Source of the DNA: Euprymna scolopes
Taxonomy: Eukaryota
NCBI GenBank assembly: GCA_053919585.1
Contig: CM132801.1
Direction: 5' to 3' (one strand)
DNA: 64,000 nt
Position numbers and translations under genes: made by a program. A model generated the notes under the pieces. The model made no database searches, was not told where the DNA came from, and worked only from the letters and a program-made list of their open reading frames with translations. The first letter of the stretch is position 1. Each line of letters starts with the position of its first letter. Shown here one piece after another: positions 13,282 to 24,955 of this stretch.

Positions 13282-13809
13282 GCAGAATAATTTTACATGC
13301 AGCCTTGGACACTATAAGCCTTTTAATTGCACCATAACTGTAATGGTATTCATGGCAGGTTGGTTTGTTTTATATTAGGGATCCGACATCAATGTCAATT
13401 AAGTTAGCTAGTATTAATTTTGACAGGGGTCACACTGAGTGCATGAAGATTAAGGTTATCGTGATAACCTTAATCTTTAAACAGAATCATTCCCAGAAAC
13501 TGGTGACATAAAGTTGAGGCAGGGGTCAAACATTGTAGACAAAATGAGTTTAATAATCACTAATGACATTTAGTTTTCCAAATCAGCCTCTCAATGGAAG
13601 CCATGCAAACAAGAGATGGCCAATAATGTAGAAATAATCTAAGGCAAATGTTACTTTGATGTCTGTCTGTGTATGTCATGCATTTTGTAAGTTGGAAAGT
13701 TATGTTTTAGAAGTAAATAACTAGCTTGGGAAATATTAGTCTTTGTCTGTACAGTCCATTCTCTTCAAATAAAAAACTTTGAAAAAAGACTTCTTAGCCG
13801 CATCAGACC

Positions 13810-14373
13810 CGGTCAAGATCAGTACCATCTGAAAGTTTTGTCAATGTGAGATTTAGAAAAAAAACGCTCAATTATTTCATATAGAAATAAATATTCATAA
13901 CAAGGGAGGGTAAAAAAATTTCCCTCTTTTTAAATGACTTCGACAAGTACGCAAATGCGTCAGGCATTCTTTCTTGAATTGGTTTAAATAAAAAAAAAAT
14001 GTTATTTCGCTGATCGCGTCATGGAGCAGTGGGTAACAGTCGAGTCGTAAGCTTTTAGTTTTCATGTTCATCTAATATAACAGTTGCCTTTTTTTTTTTT
14101 TTTTTTAAGTTTTAACATTTAAACAATTTTTATTTGCCATAACATTTTTCTTATTTCGAGACTTACGTAATGTGATTTTTTTTTTCCTTTTAAAACAAAA
14201 ACTGAATTGTTTTCAAGTTCGCTTAAACTGGTTTTCACATACTTCTTTTTCTCGCTGATTACATTTTCGTGGGTTTTTTTTTTTTTCTCATCTCTCTCCA
14301 CCTGGGCTGCGTCTAATATTCTTATTACACCACCTCTCTCTCCACCCGGGCAATGCCGAGTACCCCCTGCTAG
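13810..14373 (+). mobile_element. non-autonomous Helitron-like element, followed head-to-tail by another one
   Basis: 3' hairpin cccgggcaatgccgag then CTAG, immediately followed by tctattatataaaaagg; homologous to the minus-strand copy at 44590-45263. Confidence 0.65.
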
Positions 14374-14458
14374 TCTATTATATAAAAAGGAAAATTTGTG
14401 GCTGTGTGTGATTGTATGCCTGCCAAATACTTTTGATAGACACATTGGACCATGACAA

Positions 14459-16320
14459 ACCACTAAAAAACGCATCGAAGCACAAAAACTAGGAACTCGT
14501 GACTTCTGGAAAATCTACAACAGTGTAGTAAATAATGGGCAATCAACAATTCCCCCACTAACCAACAATCACGAGGTTCTTTGCTCAGCAACCGAGAAGG
14601 CTAACATGCTTGCCAGTCGGTTTGCCTCAAACTCCACACTGGACCCTCTAAACCACCCCCTACCTCAATTTCCTATGCGGACAGACGTCACGCTAGACGA
14701 TCTGATAATCACCCCTGCTCAGGTGCATGCTATCATAAAAAACCTTGACACTTCAAAAGCATGTGGACCCGACCTCATCCCAGCTGTGCTATTAAAAAAG
14801 TGCTCAGCCGAAGTAGCTCCAGTTCTCTCCAAACTCTACAACAAATGCCTTAATGAATCTTGCTTTCCGGGCTGTTGGAAAACTGCTTCTGTGGTACCAG
14901 TATTCAAGAATTCTGGCGAAAGAACTGACCCATTAAATTATCGCCCTATTAGCCTCCTCCCACTTTTTGCCAAAATATTTGAGACCTTAATTAACCATGC
15001 TCTAGTCCAGCACCTTACAGATGCTAAACTTCTGACCGACCAACAATATGGATTTAGACAATCCCGTTCCATGGCAGACATCCTCACTGTAATCTCTGAA
15101 CGCATATACCATTCACTGGACAAAGCGGGAGAGGGCAGAGCGGTAGCTCTAGATATATCTAAGACTTTTGACAGGGTATGGCATGAGGGTCTCCTCAGGA
15201 AGATTAGATCTTACGGTATCACTGGTAGAATACTTAACATAATTAAATCCTTCTTAGATAAGAGAAAAATCCAGGTTGTCCTCGACGGTCGTACATCTAA
15301 ACAATATGATATAAATGCAGGAGTGCCCCAGGGATCTATCCTTGGACCTCTGCTGTTCCTGATATTCATAAATGACCTCCCTGACAAAATTGCCTCTGAG
15401 ATGGGTATATATGCTGATGACACCACACTCTATAGCAGGCACGACAGGAAAACAAATGAACATATATCTAAAGTAATGGCAGAAACACTAGAGGATGACC
15501 TCCAATCAGTAGTGGAATGGGGACAAAAATGGATGGTCACGTTCAATGCCGCCAAGACAAAACTGGTTTCATTCAATAATTACAAGAAACCTTCTCTACC
15601 ACCTATAGCAATGGCCAACAACTCTTTATCTGAGAGTACGTCTCTCAAGCTCCTTGGCCTAACGTTCACAGGAAACATGAGTTAGAACAATTACATCGAG
15701 GGCATTGCCAGGAAGTTGGGCTCTCTCTACCGTGCTAGAAAACTTCTAACACCCGAAAGTATCCTGTACCTCTATAAGGCCACTATTCGCCCATGTATGG
15801 AGTATAGCTGTCATATTTGGGCTGGTGCATCGGCTACTAGTCTCTCGCTCCTTGACAGGGTTCAAAAGAGAGTCGCAAATCTGATAGGCCCTAAACTGGC
15901 ATCTAAGCTTCAGCCTCTGTCCCATCGTCGAAACGTTGCATCCCTCTGCCTGTTCTACAAGTCTTATAATGGCAAATGCTCTGAAGAACTGCAAGCACTT
16001 GTGCCCCCACAACATGAACACCCTCGACAGATCCGACAAGCTGCAAAATCCCACCCCCACACTGTAGAGATCCCTAGATGTAAAAGATCTTTCTACTCCA
16101 GTAGTTTCTTCCCCAGAACTGCTAGACTTTGGAATTCCATTCCAGGTCACTGCTTCCCCAACTGTACTGACATGCATAAGTTCAAGTGCAACGTGAATCA
16201 ACATCTCGCTGCCCTAATCCCTACATAGTACCCCAGTAGATGTTTCCCCTGATAGTAGCCCCCTACACCAAAGTGGCAATGTGCCTTGTTTGGGGTGAAA
16301 ATGTAATAAAATAAAAAAAA
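14459..16320 (+). mobile_element. young 5'-truncated CR1/L2-group LINE (RT and C-terminal domain, 3' UTR, poly-A)
   Basis: One frame ~14462-16228 with a single TAG at 15683; NYRPISLL, QYGFR, ALDISKTFD, GVPQGSILGP, YADD, RPCMEYSCHIW, LWNS; A-tail; TSD ATGACAA at 14452-14458 and 16321-16327. Confidence 0.95.
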
Positions 16321-17759
16321 ATGACAAGATAGATCAATCTCTCAGATGAAAAATATCTAAAAATTGGCCCTAAAGATTAATTCTGGTCTGGTCAATTGGG
16401 CCATTTTTTGCAAGGAGGCGTCAACATTTTTTGCAAGTCATACGCCTGCCAACTTCAACGTACATTTATAAAACGTTATTTTGAAGGCCCGTGACCTAAG
16501 TCGCTGTGGCCGAGATAGCTAACATGTTAGCTTTTTTCACCTTTTTCTCTTTTGCATTACAGATTCGAGCCTGCCTACACTCGCATGGGTACTCGCGTCT
16601 ATTTTGGTTGAAACATTTGGAGTGGAGGGATACTCAATAGGCTTTGTATACCACCTCTCTCCATCCAGGCAATGTCGGGTAGTCATGTTAATACTTAATA
16701 AATCCTCAACAAATAAAGCAGATGCCATGAGTAGCGGATAAAGTGCTCAGTAATAATCAGTTTTAAGTGACATTTTTGGAGGTTGATGGTTCAATCTTCA
16801 ATACAGGCGATGCTAGTAATATAATTACTCAATACTTCTACCCAGTTAAGACTGATATAACAAGACTAATCTACCTCCATAGATTAAATAAAGGGTTCGG
16901 TTTTAAATTCTATTAAGATCAGAGAATAGAAAGTGGATTTTGGGTTTACTTTCGGCAGCCTCGTAACTCTCGCTTTTATTTTAGTCCTTTAATTTTCACA
17001 TTCCATGAGCGATGTTTTTGACAAATAATTGCCATTTTCTTGGTCTGAATCCATGTAACACTCATCGTTAACTAGTTTCTGACCTTGAAACTTTTTATTT
17101 TTGTTTTTTTAAGCTCCTTACCTCAAGTGGCTCCACGTCTTGTCTGGAGCAAAAAATAAGATTCCAGAGTTCGACAAGACGCACTTGAAGGTCATAGGTT
17201 ACATCATCTCAAACAATGTGAGAATAGCATCCGAGATTAGAATAGTAATCTAAATAATATAAATGTTTAGGGATTTTCAATTGCTGATATTTTTCCAGCG
17301 TGTCCTGATTGACAAGTGGGATCAGGGGAGGTCATTTTGTCTCACACATTGAACAAAATATCCCCTTTTTTGTTTTTTGAGATTAATTGTGATTTTTTAC
17401 TTACTGTCAGTATTACTCATAATGTACCTAGCATATGTTTTCCAAAGCGATTATTCACAATAACAAGCCTGTCATTTCGGGGGACAGGTCAGATTGCTCT
17501 CACCCTAAATTCAACACAGACAAAACATTCCTTCGCTTATTCGTCTTGCAAAACTGGGGTGTTAGTATTTTAAAGTTTAGAATTTGCATGAGAAAAATCT
17601 TGATTCAGAAAGTATGATGTATTTTTTTTTCTGTTCCAAGTGGCTTTTTTAACCCTTTTCCTGGAAATTAGAAATATCAATCGACTCTATACAGTCTCGT
17701 CCAAAGGGTTGACTTCAGTCATATAGTTGTTTAGAGGAAAGGGCAGGTATATTCTAACA

Positions 17760-18400
17760 TCACAATCATCATTATTGGTTTAACGTCTGTTTTACATGCT
17801 GCCATACACCGGACAACTTTAAGAAATTGACTTTCAAACTAACCTATCTCTAACCAGGTCTTCATTTGTCCCTCTTTTGCTCAGGTCTATTTCTATCTAT
17901 TCCTCCCATATTTTCCTTGGTTTTCCCTTCTGAACTGAACCTGCTATCTCAACTGTTCTACATCTGCTAACCTAATAACTCCATTTTTTGGGTTTTTTTT
18001 TTTTTTTCAATATGGCCAAACCAACGAAATCTGCTCTTCTGCACAAGTTTCCCTCTTCTGTCCAGACTTGTTCTTCTTCTGACGTCATCAGAACTAAGAC
18101 AATCTGTAAGACTCGCATTACACAGCCATCGTATCATTCTCATCATTACTCTCCATGAAACCATGTCCTCACCCCTTATTGGCCAGGTTTCATTTCTATA
18201 CCTGATCACACTGTACACATATGCCTGATTGATGTTTCCTTTGATCTATGGTGGAAAAGCTGTGCTGAAGTCTCCTGAACTTACTCCAGCGATTCCTAAC
18301 TCTTACAATCACACTAACACCTGTTTCAGTGGTATCACTTAGGTAACAAAACTTCTCAACAACTTCCAACATCTCTGATGTATTCTGGAATTGTTTAAAT
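17760..18400 (-). mobile_element. RTE-clade LINE 3' fragment
   Basis: LEVVEKFCYL, ETWP, RMIRWLCN, RFRWFGHI motifs across ORFs 18196-18429 and 17967-18218. Confidence 0.8.
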
Positions 18401-19242
18401 TTTACCAAAATTTGGATTTGTTGAAACACGAGTTTTGTGTATTTATTTATTTTTTTATTTATTTTTTTTTAATGGAAATCGTGGTGCTAATGCACTTACT
18501 GATCCGTGCTATTATTTTAATCGTATTTCCAAGTTTAATTAAAGTTTTATGATATGTTTTTTTATTCAATTGTAAGGTTAAAGTACAGAATAGGTAAAAA
18601 ACACCCTCCCCCTCCCCATGTTAAGAATGGCTTTTTAAATAATATTATTTCAGCACAGATCAATAAGTGCGCTAGTACCGAAATCGCTCCAGGCAAAGCA
18701 TAAGACCACTTAATATAAGAAACTAAAAAAAGATACTGCAATATCAAAAACTAGCCAACGATAAGTGTGAGATGGATAATTGGTTGACCAAGAAAACAAC
18801 AATTCTTCCCTCTTTTGTCAAACATTACTAATCAACTGTAATGACTGTAGGATAAATTATGAGAAGTGAGAGTTGCTATTGGTTGTTACAGTTGCTTAAA
18901 ACATTCTTCATATTGTTTAATCTTTTTATCCTTTTTTTTTATTCTATTTATCTAATGTACGATGTACCGAGTTGTCTAGTAAAGTGATAAAAATTATTTT
19001 CTTTAACCATGGAATTTTAATGGATCACATTATTAGATAGGGAATTGATCTAGTGACCAATTTGGTGAACTTAAATTTAAATTAAACAATTGTTGGATTG
19101 TAGCTAACAAAACGGATTGTCAAAATATTGCAGATGATGAATTTTTATTTGTAAACATTTTTGAATTTTTTTAACTGAATTGTTTGACAGATGCCATTGG
19201 AAACAATGGATTCTCTTTCCGTCTAATACCCCAAATTAGAAA

Positions 19243-19759
19243 TCTATATATTTAAAGTAGTAGCGTTTATGTGTGTCTGTGTGTACAACTTTCCTACAGC
19301 CCACACCACTAAACCGATCATGACCAAAACTGACATCATGATGATCTCTGACCTAGGGATGGGGCACACCATTTTTCAAGGTCCAGTTCAATGGTTAAGG
19401 TCATATTTAGTGTGGCTCTTTATAAACTCACCCACCTAGGTATGATGCACAATAAGTCACCATCATGGCGCCAGTCAACTTTGTGAATTTGAATCAGATC
19501 ACTCTCCTCCACCCCTATCCTCTCAACCAATTAAACAAATGTTAACGATTGTGATTCTTACAATTTTTATGTGTAACAATATAAGCATCAACTTTGATAT
19601 AATCTATTTGCTTTAAAGTTCATAGTTGGATTTCAGTCACTTCAGGAGGTAGTTAAAAAATTTTAAACGCTATAATAAATAATTGCTCTTACAGCATCCA
19701 CTTATTGCAAGGGTACCTGCGAAGCAAAGTCCCGTGCTAAGCGCAGATATCTTTGCTAG
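19243..19759 (+). mobile_element. non-autonomous Helitron/DINE-like element
   Basis: TCTATATA start, short TG/TGTC tract, aaaccgatcatgaccaaaact, 3' hairpin cccgtgctaagcgc and CTAG-T end. Confidence 0.6.
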
Positions 19760-21132
19760 TGTTTTAATGATTTTAAAATAACTTATTAAAAACGAGCAGG
19801 GCTGTTCAGTGTTGCCCCAAGGTAGTAGTAATTTATCAATGACAATTGATTTGCTACTTGTGATTAAATGCCTTAAAAATTAGTACAAACCTGATTTTGT
19901 GCAGCAGGTAGTATTCGATGGCAAACAAAAAGAATAAAGAAAAAAATGGTTATTGCTTCTAATAAGATGTTGCTGGTTTGAATAAAAAGTGTAGCTTGTT
20001 TTTTTCAGAGATAGCGCCAAATTTGGAGTATCAAGTTTTGACAGGAGTATCAAATTTAACTTTCAGAAATTGTCAGTTGAAAGTGCAGAATAGTTAACGG
20101 TTATTGTTATTACACGAGGTGAAGCTTACTGTAAAAACCAAAACAACTAATTGAGGTAAAACTTTAAAATAAATAAAATTAATAAGAAAATAAAAAATAC
20201 CAATTAAATCTTTACAAACAAATATACAAGTAAATTTTTATTAAAAAAAATATGGGAGATGAGTTTTTCTTAAAAAAAAAAAAAAAAAAAGGTGAACTAA
20301 TCTGCTCCCTTTTCTGAATCCGTAAATAAAGCATGTGTGTGTGTGTCCATAGATTAATTCCTATTTTAAGGTTAAGGGAATGTCCTTTGTGCACATCTTG
20401 TAAAAGCGAAATCATTTTTATTTTTATCAGTTGAGATAAGGCCTCCTCCTTTTTGGTCATGACATTTTAATTTGCATATGTGATTATCCTTTCCTTTATT
20501 AAGATTAAATCTTTTGTTTGCGTGTGAAAATAAATATGCGTACATGATTATTGAAGCAAGCTGGGCACACTAACATGTTTATTATATAATCTACATGTGT
20601 AGTGTTGCCAAAGATGTGGTAAAAGTCATTTTATTCATTTTTATCATTTGTTTGCAGATTTTTTAAATTTAGAAATAAAATTTTAGTTGCCAGGGAGACA
20701 ACTCAAAAATGAATTATTTCCCTTGCTGCATTGGATTTTCCGGTCATATTTGAAAAATGTTTCTATGTTATCAGTTGTCGAAATGGGACTACATAGTATT
20801 TTAGATAAATAGTATCAAAGTATATTGTTATAGTGTCAATAACACAGTACTATGGTAACAAATGAAAATTGGCTCGTCAGAAGCAAAGTTTTATTTGTCA
20901 GTTTAAATACTATTTGAGTTTGACTTTAGAAAGCCCAATAATATCACTTCATATTAACCACTCCAAGAACCTGTGCCTTGGTGTTGCCCAGGAAAAATTA
21001 AGGAAAGCAAGAACCACAGTTCGTAGAAGTAAATTTAACAGAAAGGACTGGAAAGACCTGTTTTACCCAAAATGCTAAGCATTTATTCATGATAAAAAAA
21101 CATTTGTAAATACAACTGTGGTTTAGAGTAAA

Positions 21133-21536
21133 ACTAGCTGGACTACTCAGCATTAAAAACAAATAGGAGAGTTTAAAAGGTTTGTAACATCTTTATATTA
21201 AAACTTCTTTGTACCTCTCAGCCCATCTCTCTCTCTTTCTCTTTCATCCTTCCCCATTTTTTCCACATTCCCCCCATCTCTTTCACCTCTACTCAGCCCA
21301 TTCCTCTCTTGTTTTAAATGTATTGATAATAATAATGTTAGTCATTCATGTCCCCTTTATATAATAAATAACATTGGAAATAACTGAAAAGCTGAGCTGT
21401 TGTTCTTGTTTTTCTTTTTAAATATTTATATAGGGCAATGCCAATCAAGAATATATCAACTTTGGGTATTTGTTTTGTAGTTTTTGGTTTTACTTTTAGC
21501 TGCAAACATACGATTGTCTTTTATATAATAGAAGAT
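21133..21536 (-). mobile_element. non-autonomous Helitron-like element, copy 1
   Basis: collinear with 23545-23985 (tgtaacatctttatattaaaacttc, cagcccattcctctc, atcaagaatatatcaac, tttatataatag). Confidence 0.65.
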
Positions 21537-22554
21537 AAAAATGAATAGTTAAATTAGATGTACTTTTTTTAACATAGCGTGGACAGCTTTAAGCAAATGC
21601 ATATGAAATGACGTTGCCAATAAAGAAAAGAGACTAAAAAGGAGAAAGAGGACGATCATGGGAGAGACGTGGAGAACGGAACAAGATAACGTTCAAGATC
21701 ATGTGAGAGACATGAATGACACTCGAAGACGATCATATGTGGGACGTTACAGAGTTAACGTAAAAATAAGGAAATAAACGTCCTCTTTGCTTTGCGACTG
21801 AAAACTGTTGGTTTCCAGACAATGGTGCACTTTTGAAAAGCGTAATATCAAAACTAAAACCAGATTTTACAAGCATATAAGAAAATACAAAGCAAGACTA
21901 AATTCCATATTTTATCCCTATCTTTCAGTTTGTTAGATTTTATTAAAACTATCAGTGAGTTGAAAATGTGATTTCATCCTTCCACTTCTATGTTTAAAAT
22001 CTTTTTCATGCTAGAAAATACAATGTTACAAAATGTTTCTGTTCTGTTTTTGCCCAGGAGTGATACGTCACAAAAATCTTGGTAAGAGTTCATGTGACCC
22101 AATCTGTTTATCCTCTAAAACAAGGCATTCGTCTATGCAAAATGGGACACATGATCATCAAACATCTTATCACCAAAATTGAATATCTGACACAGACTGT
22201 CACCAGCTAAGACATGAAATTTCATCTCTCACAAAACAAATAAGAAATGATTAAAAAAAAAAGAACTTTCACAGATCAAAAATACTTTCAATATATATCT
22301 TCTGTGAAATTGTTGTGCAAACAATATTGCTTTTGAAATTTCAAATAATCTGGTATTCTTTTCAAGTGTAATACAAGTTGAATGTGAGAAATATTTACCT
22401 GATGTCTGCAGCCAAGGAAATTAGAATCATAACAACTGAGAACTGACTGGTTGATGGATAGAACTCGTTTTCAAAAATTTATGGTAATGTAATTCCATAG
22501 GAAAGTATGCCATTATGCAAAATTTGTATTTGAGGTGACCTCTATACACCATGC

Positions 22555-22949
22555 AATATACAGCATAATTACATTGATGCACCATTTCTCATTGGATCAC
22601 TGAAGTTAAGCAACATTGAGCCTGGTCAGTATCAGTTAAGTGATCATTTGGGAATTGCAGGCTCTGTATGTAGGAGGACGGTGACACTTCTAGCAGTTCC
22701 TGCACCTCAGCTGTCCACCTGTGGAACTCTGTTCTGCTGATTTGCTTTCCAGCTGACTACAATATTGCCATCTTCAAGTCCAATGCAAACAAGCTCTTGT
22801 TGAACTGTCTTCTTAAATAGTCTTATTATACCAAATTTGCACTAGTACCGATTACGTTATTGTCCCAATGACTATCATGCACATATTATCCCTTATCCTC
22901 GAGTGGCCCCTGGACCTTGATAAGTGGTGACTTCTTTGTAAAAAAAAAA
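22555..22949 (+). mobile_element. SINE3-like element: 5S rRNA-derived head + CR1/L2 3' tail + poly-A
   Basis: 22555-22671 aligns to 5S rRNA (gatcactgaagttaagcaacattgagcctggtcagta..tgggaa); the tail encodes LWNSVLLICFPADYNIAIFKSNANKLL, like the LINE C-terminus; it ends gagtggcccctggaccttgataagtggtga..An. Confidence 0.8.
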
Positions 22950-23140
22950 TGCTAGCTCAGGCTGGTTGAAACAAGAAAGTGAGGCTAGCTCTGCACAAAC
23001 CAGCTTTGCTTTAAACGAACTTCAATATATTATGGCAAAGAGATATATATTTTGTTTTGGTCTCCTATGTGGCAAGAACTGGTCTTATCCAGATATTTAG
23101 TTGTGATAAAAACTTTCCGAAGTGTATGTTTCTTTTTGTA

Positions 23141-23406
23141 CTAGAATGGTGAAGTGTGATATAACTTATACTAGAATGGTGATGTGTGATATAACTTATA
23201 CTAGAATGGTGATGTGTGATATAACTTATACTAGAATGGTGATGTGTGATATAACTTATACTAGAATGGTGATGTGTGATATAACTTATACTAGAATGGT
23301 GATGTGTGATATAACTTATACTAGAATGGTGATGTGTGATATAACTTATACTAGAATGGTGATGTGTGATATAACTTATACTAGAATGGTGATGTGTGAT
23401 ATAACT
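23141..23406. repeat. 30-bp minisatellite, about 8.9 near-identical copies
   Basis: unit ctagaatggtgatgtgtgatataacttata; a single substitution, in the first copy. Confidence 0.98.
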
Positions 23407-23544
23407 AATGTTACATAACCATTATCTTTAAAGCTTCTCTCTGGTTGGCAAATTCATCAAGCATTTCCAAAAATGTCTCCTAATGCAGGTTTCATCATAA
23501 ATGATGGTTCAAAACAAAAACACCTTGCTTGATCTTAATCCTGA

Positions 23545-23985
23545 TTAGCAAGTCTACCCGGTTTGCTGAGGGCTATAACAAAAATAGGTTAAAAAGTGTG
23601 TAACATCTTTATATTAAAACTTCTACGCCTCTACATTTATTTTCCCCTTATCTGTTTTTCAAATCCTTCTCCCTAACTCCTCTTTCACCTTCACCCAGCC
23701 CATTCCTCTCTCTCTTGTTTTAATGTATTGAAAATAATATTAATCTAAGTCATTTACTTCACCCTTATATAATAGATAACATTAAAATTGACTGAAAAAC
23801 TGATACTCTGCCCTAACGAAACCTTCCCCAATTGACCGCAAAGAATGAATAATTTCTTTCAAATTTTAGATGTTATTTATTCAGGGCAACACTGATCAAG
23901 AATATATCAACCTTGTGGGAATTTTTGTAGATTTTTACTTTTAGTTGAAGAAACACACATACAACTGCCCTTTATATAATAGTAG
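23545..23985 (-). mobile_element. non-autonomous Helitron-like element, copy 2
   Basis: collinear with 21133-21536. Confidence 0.65.
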
Positions 23986-24204
23986 CATTACAAGTGTATG
24001 CTATATTTTCGTGGACATCGGCAATATTAGATACCTAATGTGCTTCAAGTCATATCTTTTTTATTTGTTGGTCAATTTTTAAAAGAATTACATTGATGAA
24101 AAGAGAATAGAATAAGCATTCCAATGATGTTAATTTATTTTGCTTTTATGCATTCAATGTTTTTATGCTCCAAGTTAAAAATGAAAAAATTACTTATCGC
24201 ACAA

Positions 24205-24955
24205 CTTACTAAAATAATAACTTTGATATATTGTCTGGGCTGATTTTTTTTTCATTATGACACACAAATCAATTAACTCACATTTTTCATAATTCTTAGA
24301 TATGTTAACTAATTTCGACAATCATTTTTATCATTTTAATCGACATCATCGCCCGCCCCCCCCCCCTTACTAAAATAATAACTTGGAAATATTGTCTTGT
24401 CTGGTTATTTCATTGCAAACACACTAATGCATTAAATCATCATTTTTCATAATTTTTGGATATGTTACTAATTTTGACAATCATTTTTCATAATTTACAC
24501 CATCCTTATCGCCCTCTCTTAGTAACATAATAACTTTGATATATTATCTGGACTAATTATTTTATTATACACACACCCATCAATAAACTCACATTTCATC
24601 ATTTTCGTAATTCTTGGATATGTTACTCATTTCGACCATAATGTTTTCTAATTAAAACCATCCCTATCACTCTCTCTTACTAAAATAATAAATTTGGCAT
24701 ATTGTCTGGGCTGATTATTTCATTGCAAGCCCACTAATGCATTAAATCACATATTACCGTTTTTCATAATTCTTGGATATGTTACTAATTTCGGCCATAG
24801 TTTTTTTTTTATAATTTAAACCATCTTTATCGCCCTCTTTTACTAACAAAAATAACTTTGATATATTGTTTGGGCTGATTATTTCATAAAAAAACACAAC
24901 TATCTATTAACTCTCATTTCATCAATTTTTATAATTCTCGGATATGTTAATAATT
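24205..24955. repeat. ~155-160 bp diverged tandem repeat, about 5 copies, within a DNA-transposon-like repeat
   Basis: cttactaaaataataactttgatatattgtctgggctgatt..ggatatgttactaatttcg recurs at ~24205, 24366, 24518, 24676 and 24838. Confidence 0.9.

Noticed and set aside
14021-14046. ATG GAG CAG TGG..TC|gtaagc as a first coding exon
   Set aside because: It lies inside a Helitron-like repeat and aligns with the tRNA-like cassette of the copy at 44885-44945.
18478-18700. HRSISALVPKSLQ as the MORC N-terminus
   Set aside because: It is one arm of an inverted repeat (18481-18510 versus 18652-18680), so MITE-like, and no TNSTSHTW follows.
22555-22671. functional 5S rRNA genes (also 31494-31609)
   Set aside because: Too many substitutions in stems and box C, no poly-T terminator, and fused to LINE-like tails.
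23122-23418. 98-aa repetitive ORF / CRISPR-like array
   Set aside because: Contiguous identical 30-mers with no unique spacers and no cas genes, in a eukaryotic context; the ORF is a by-product of the repeat.
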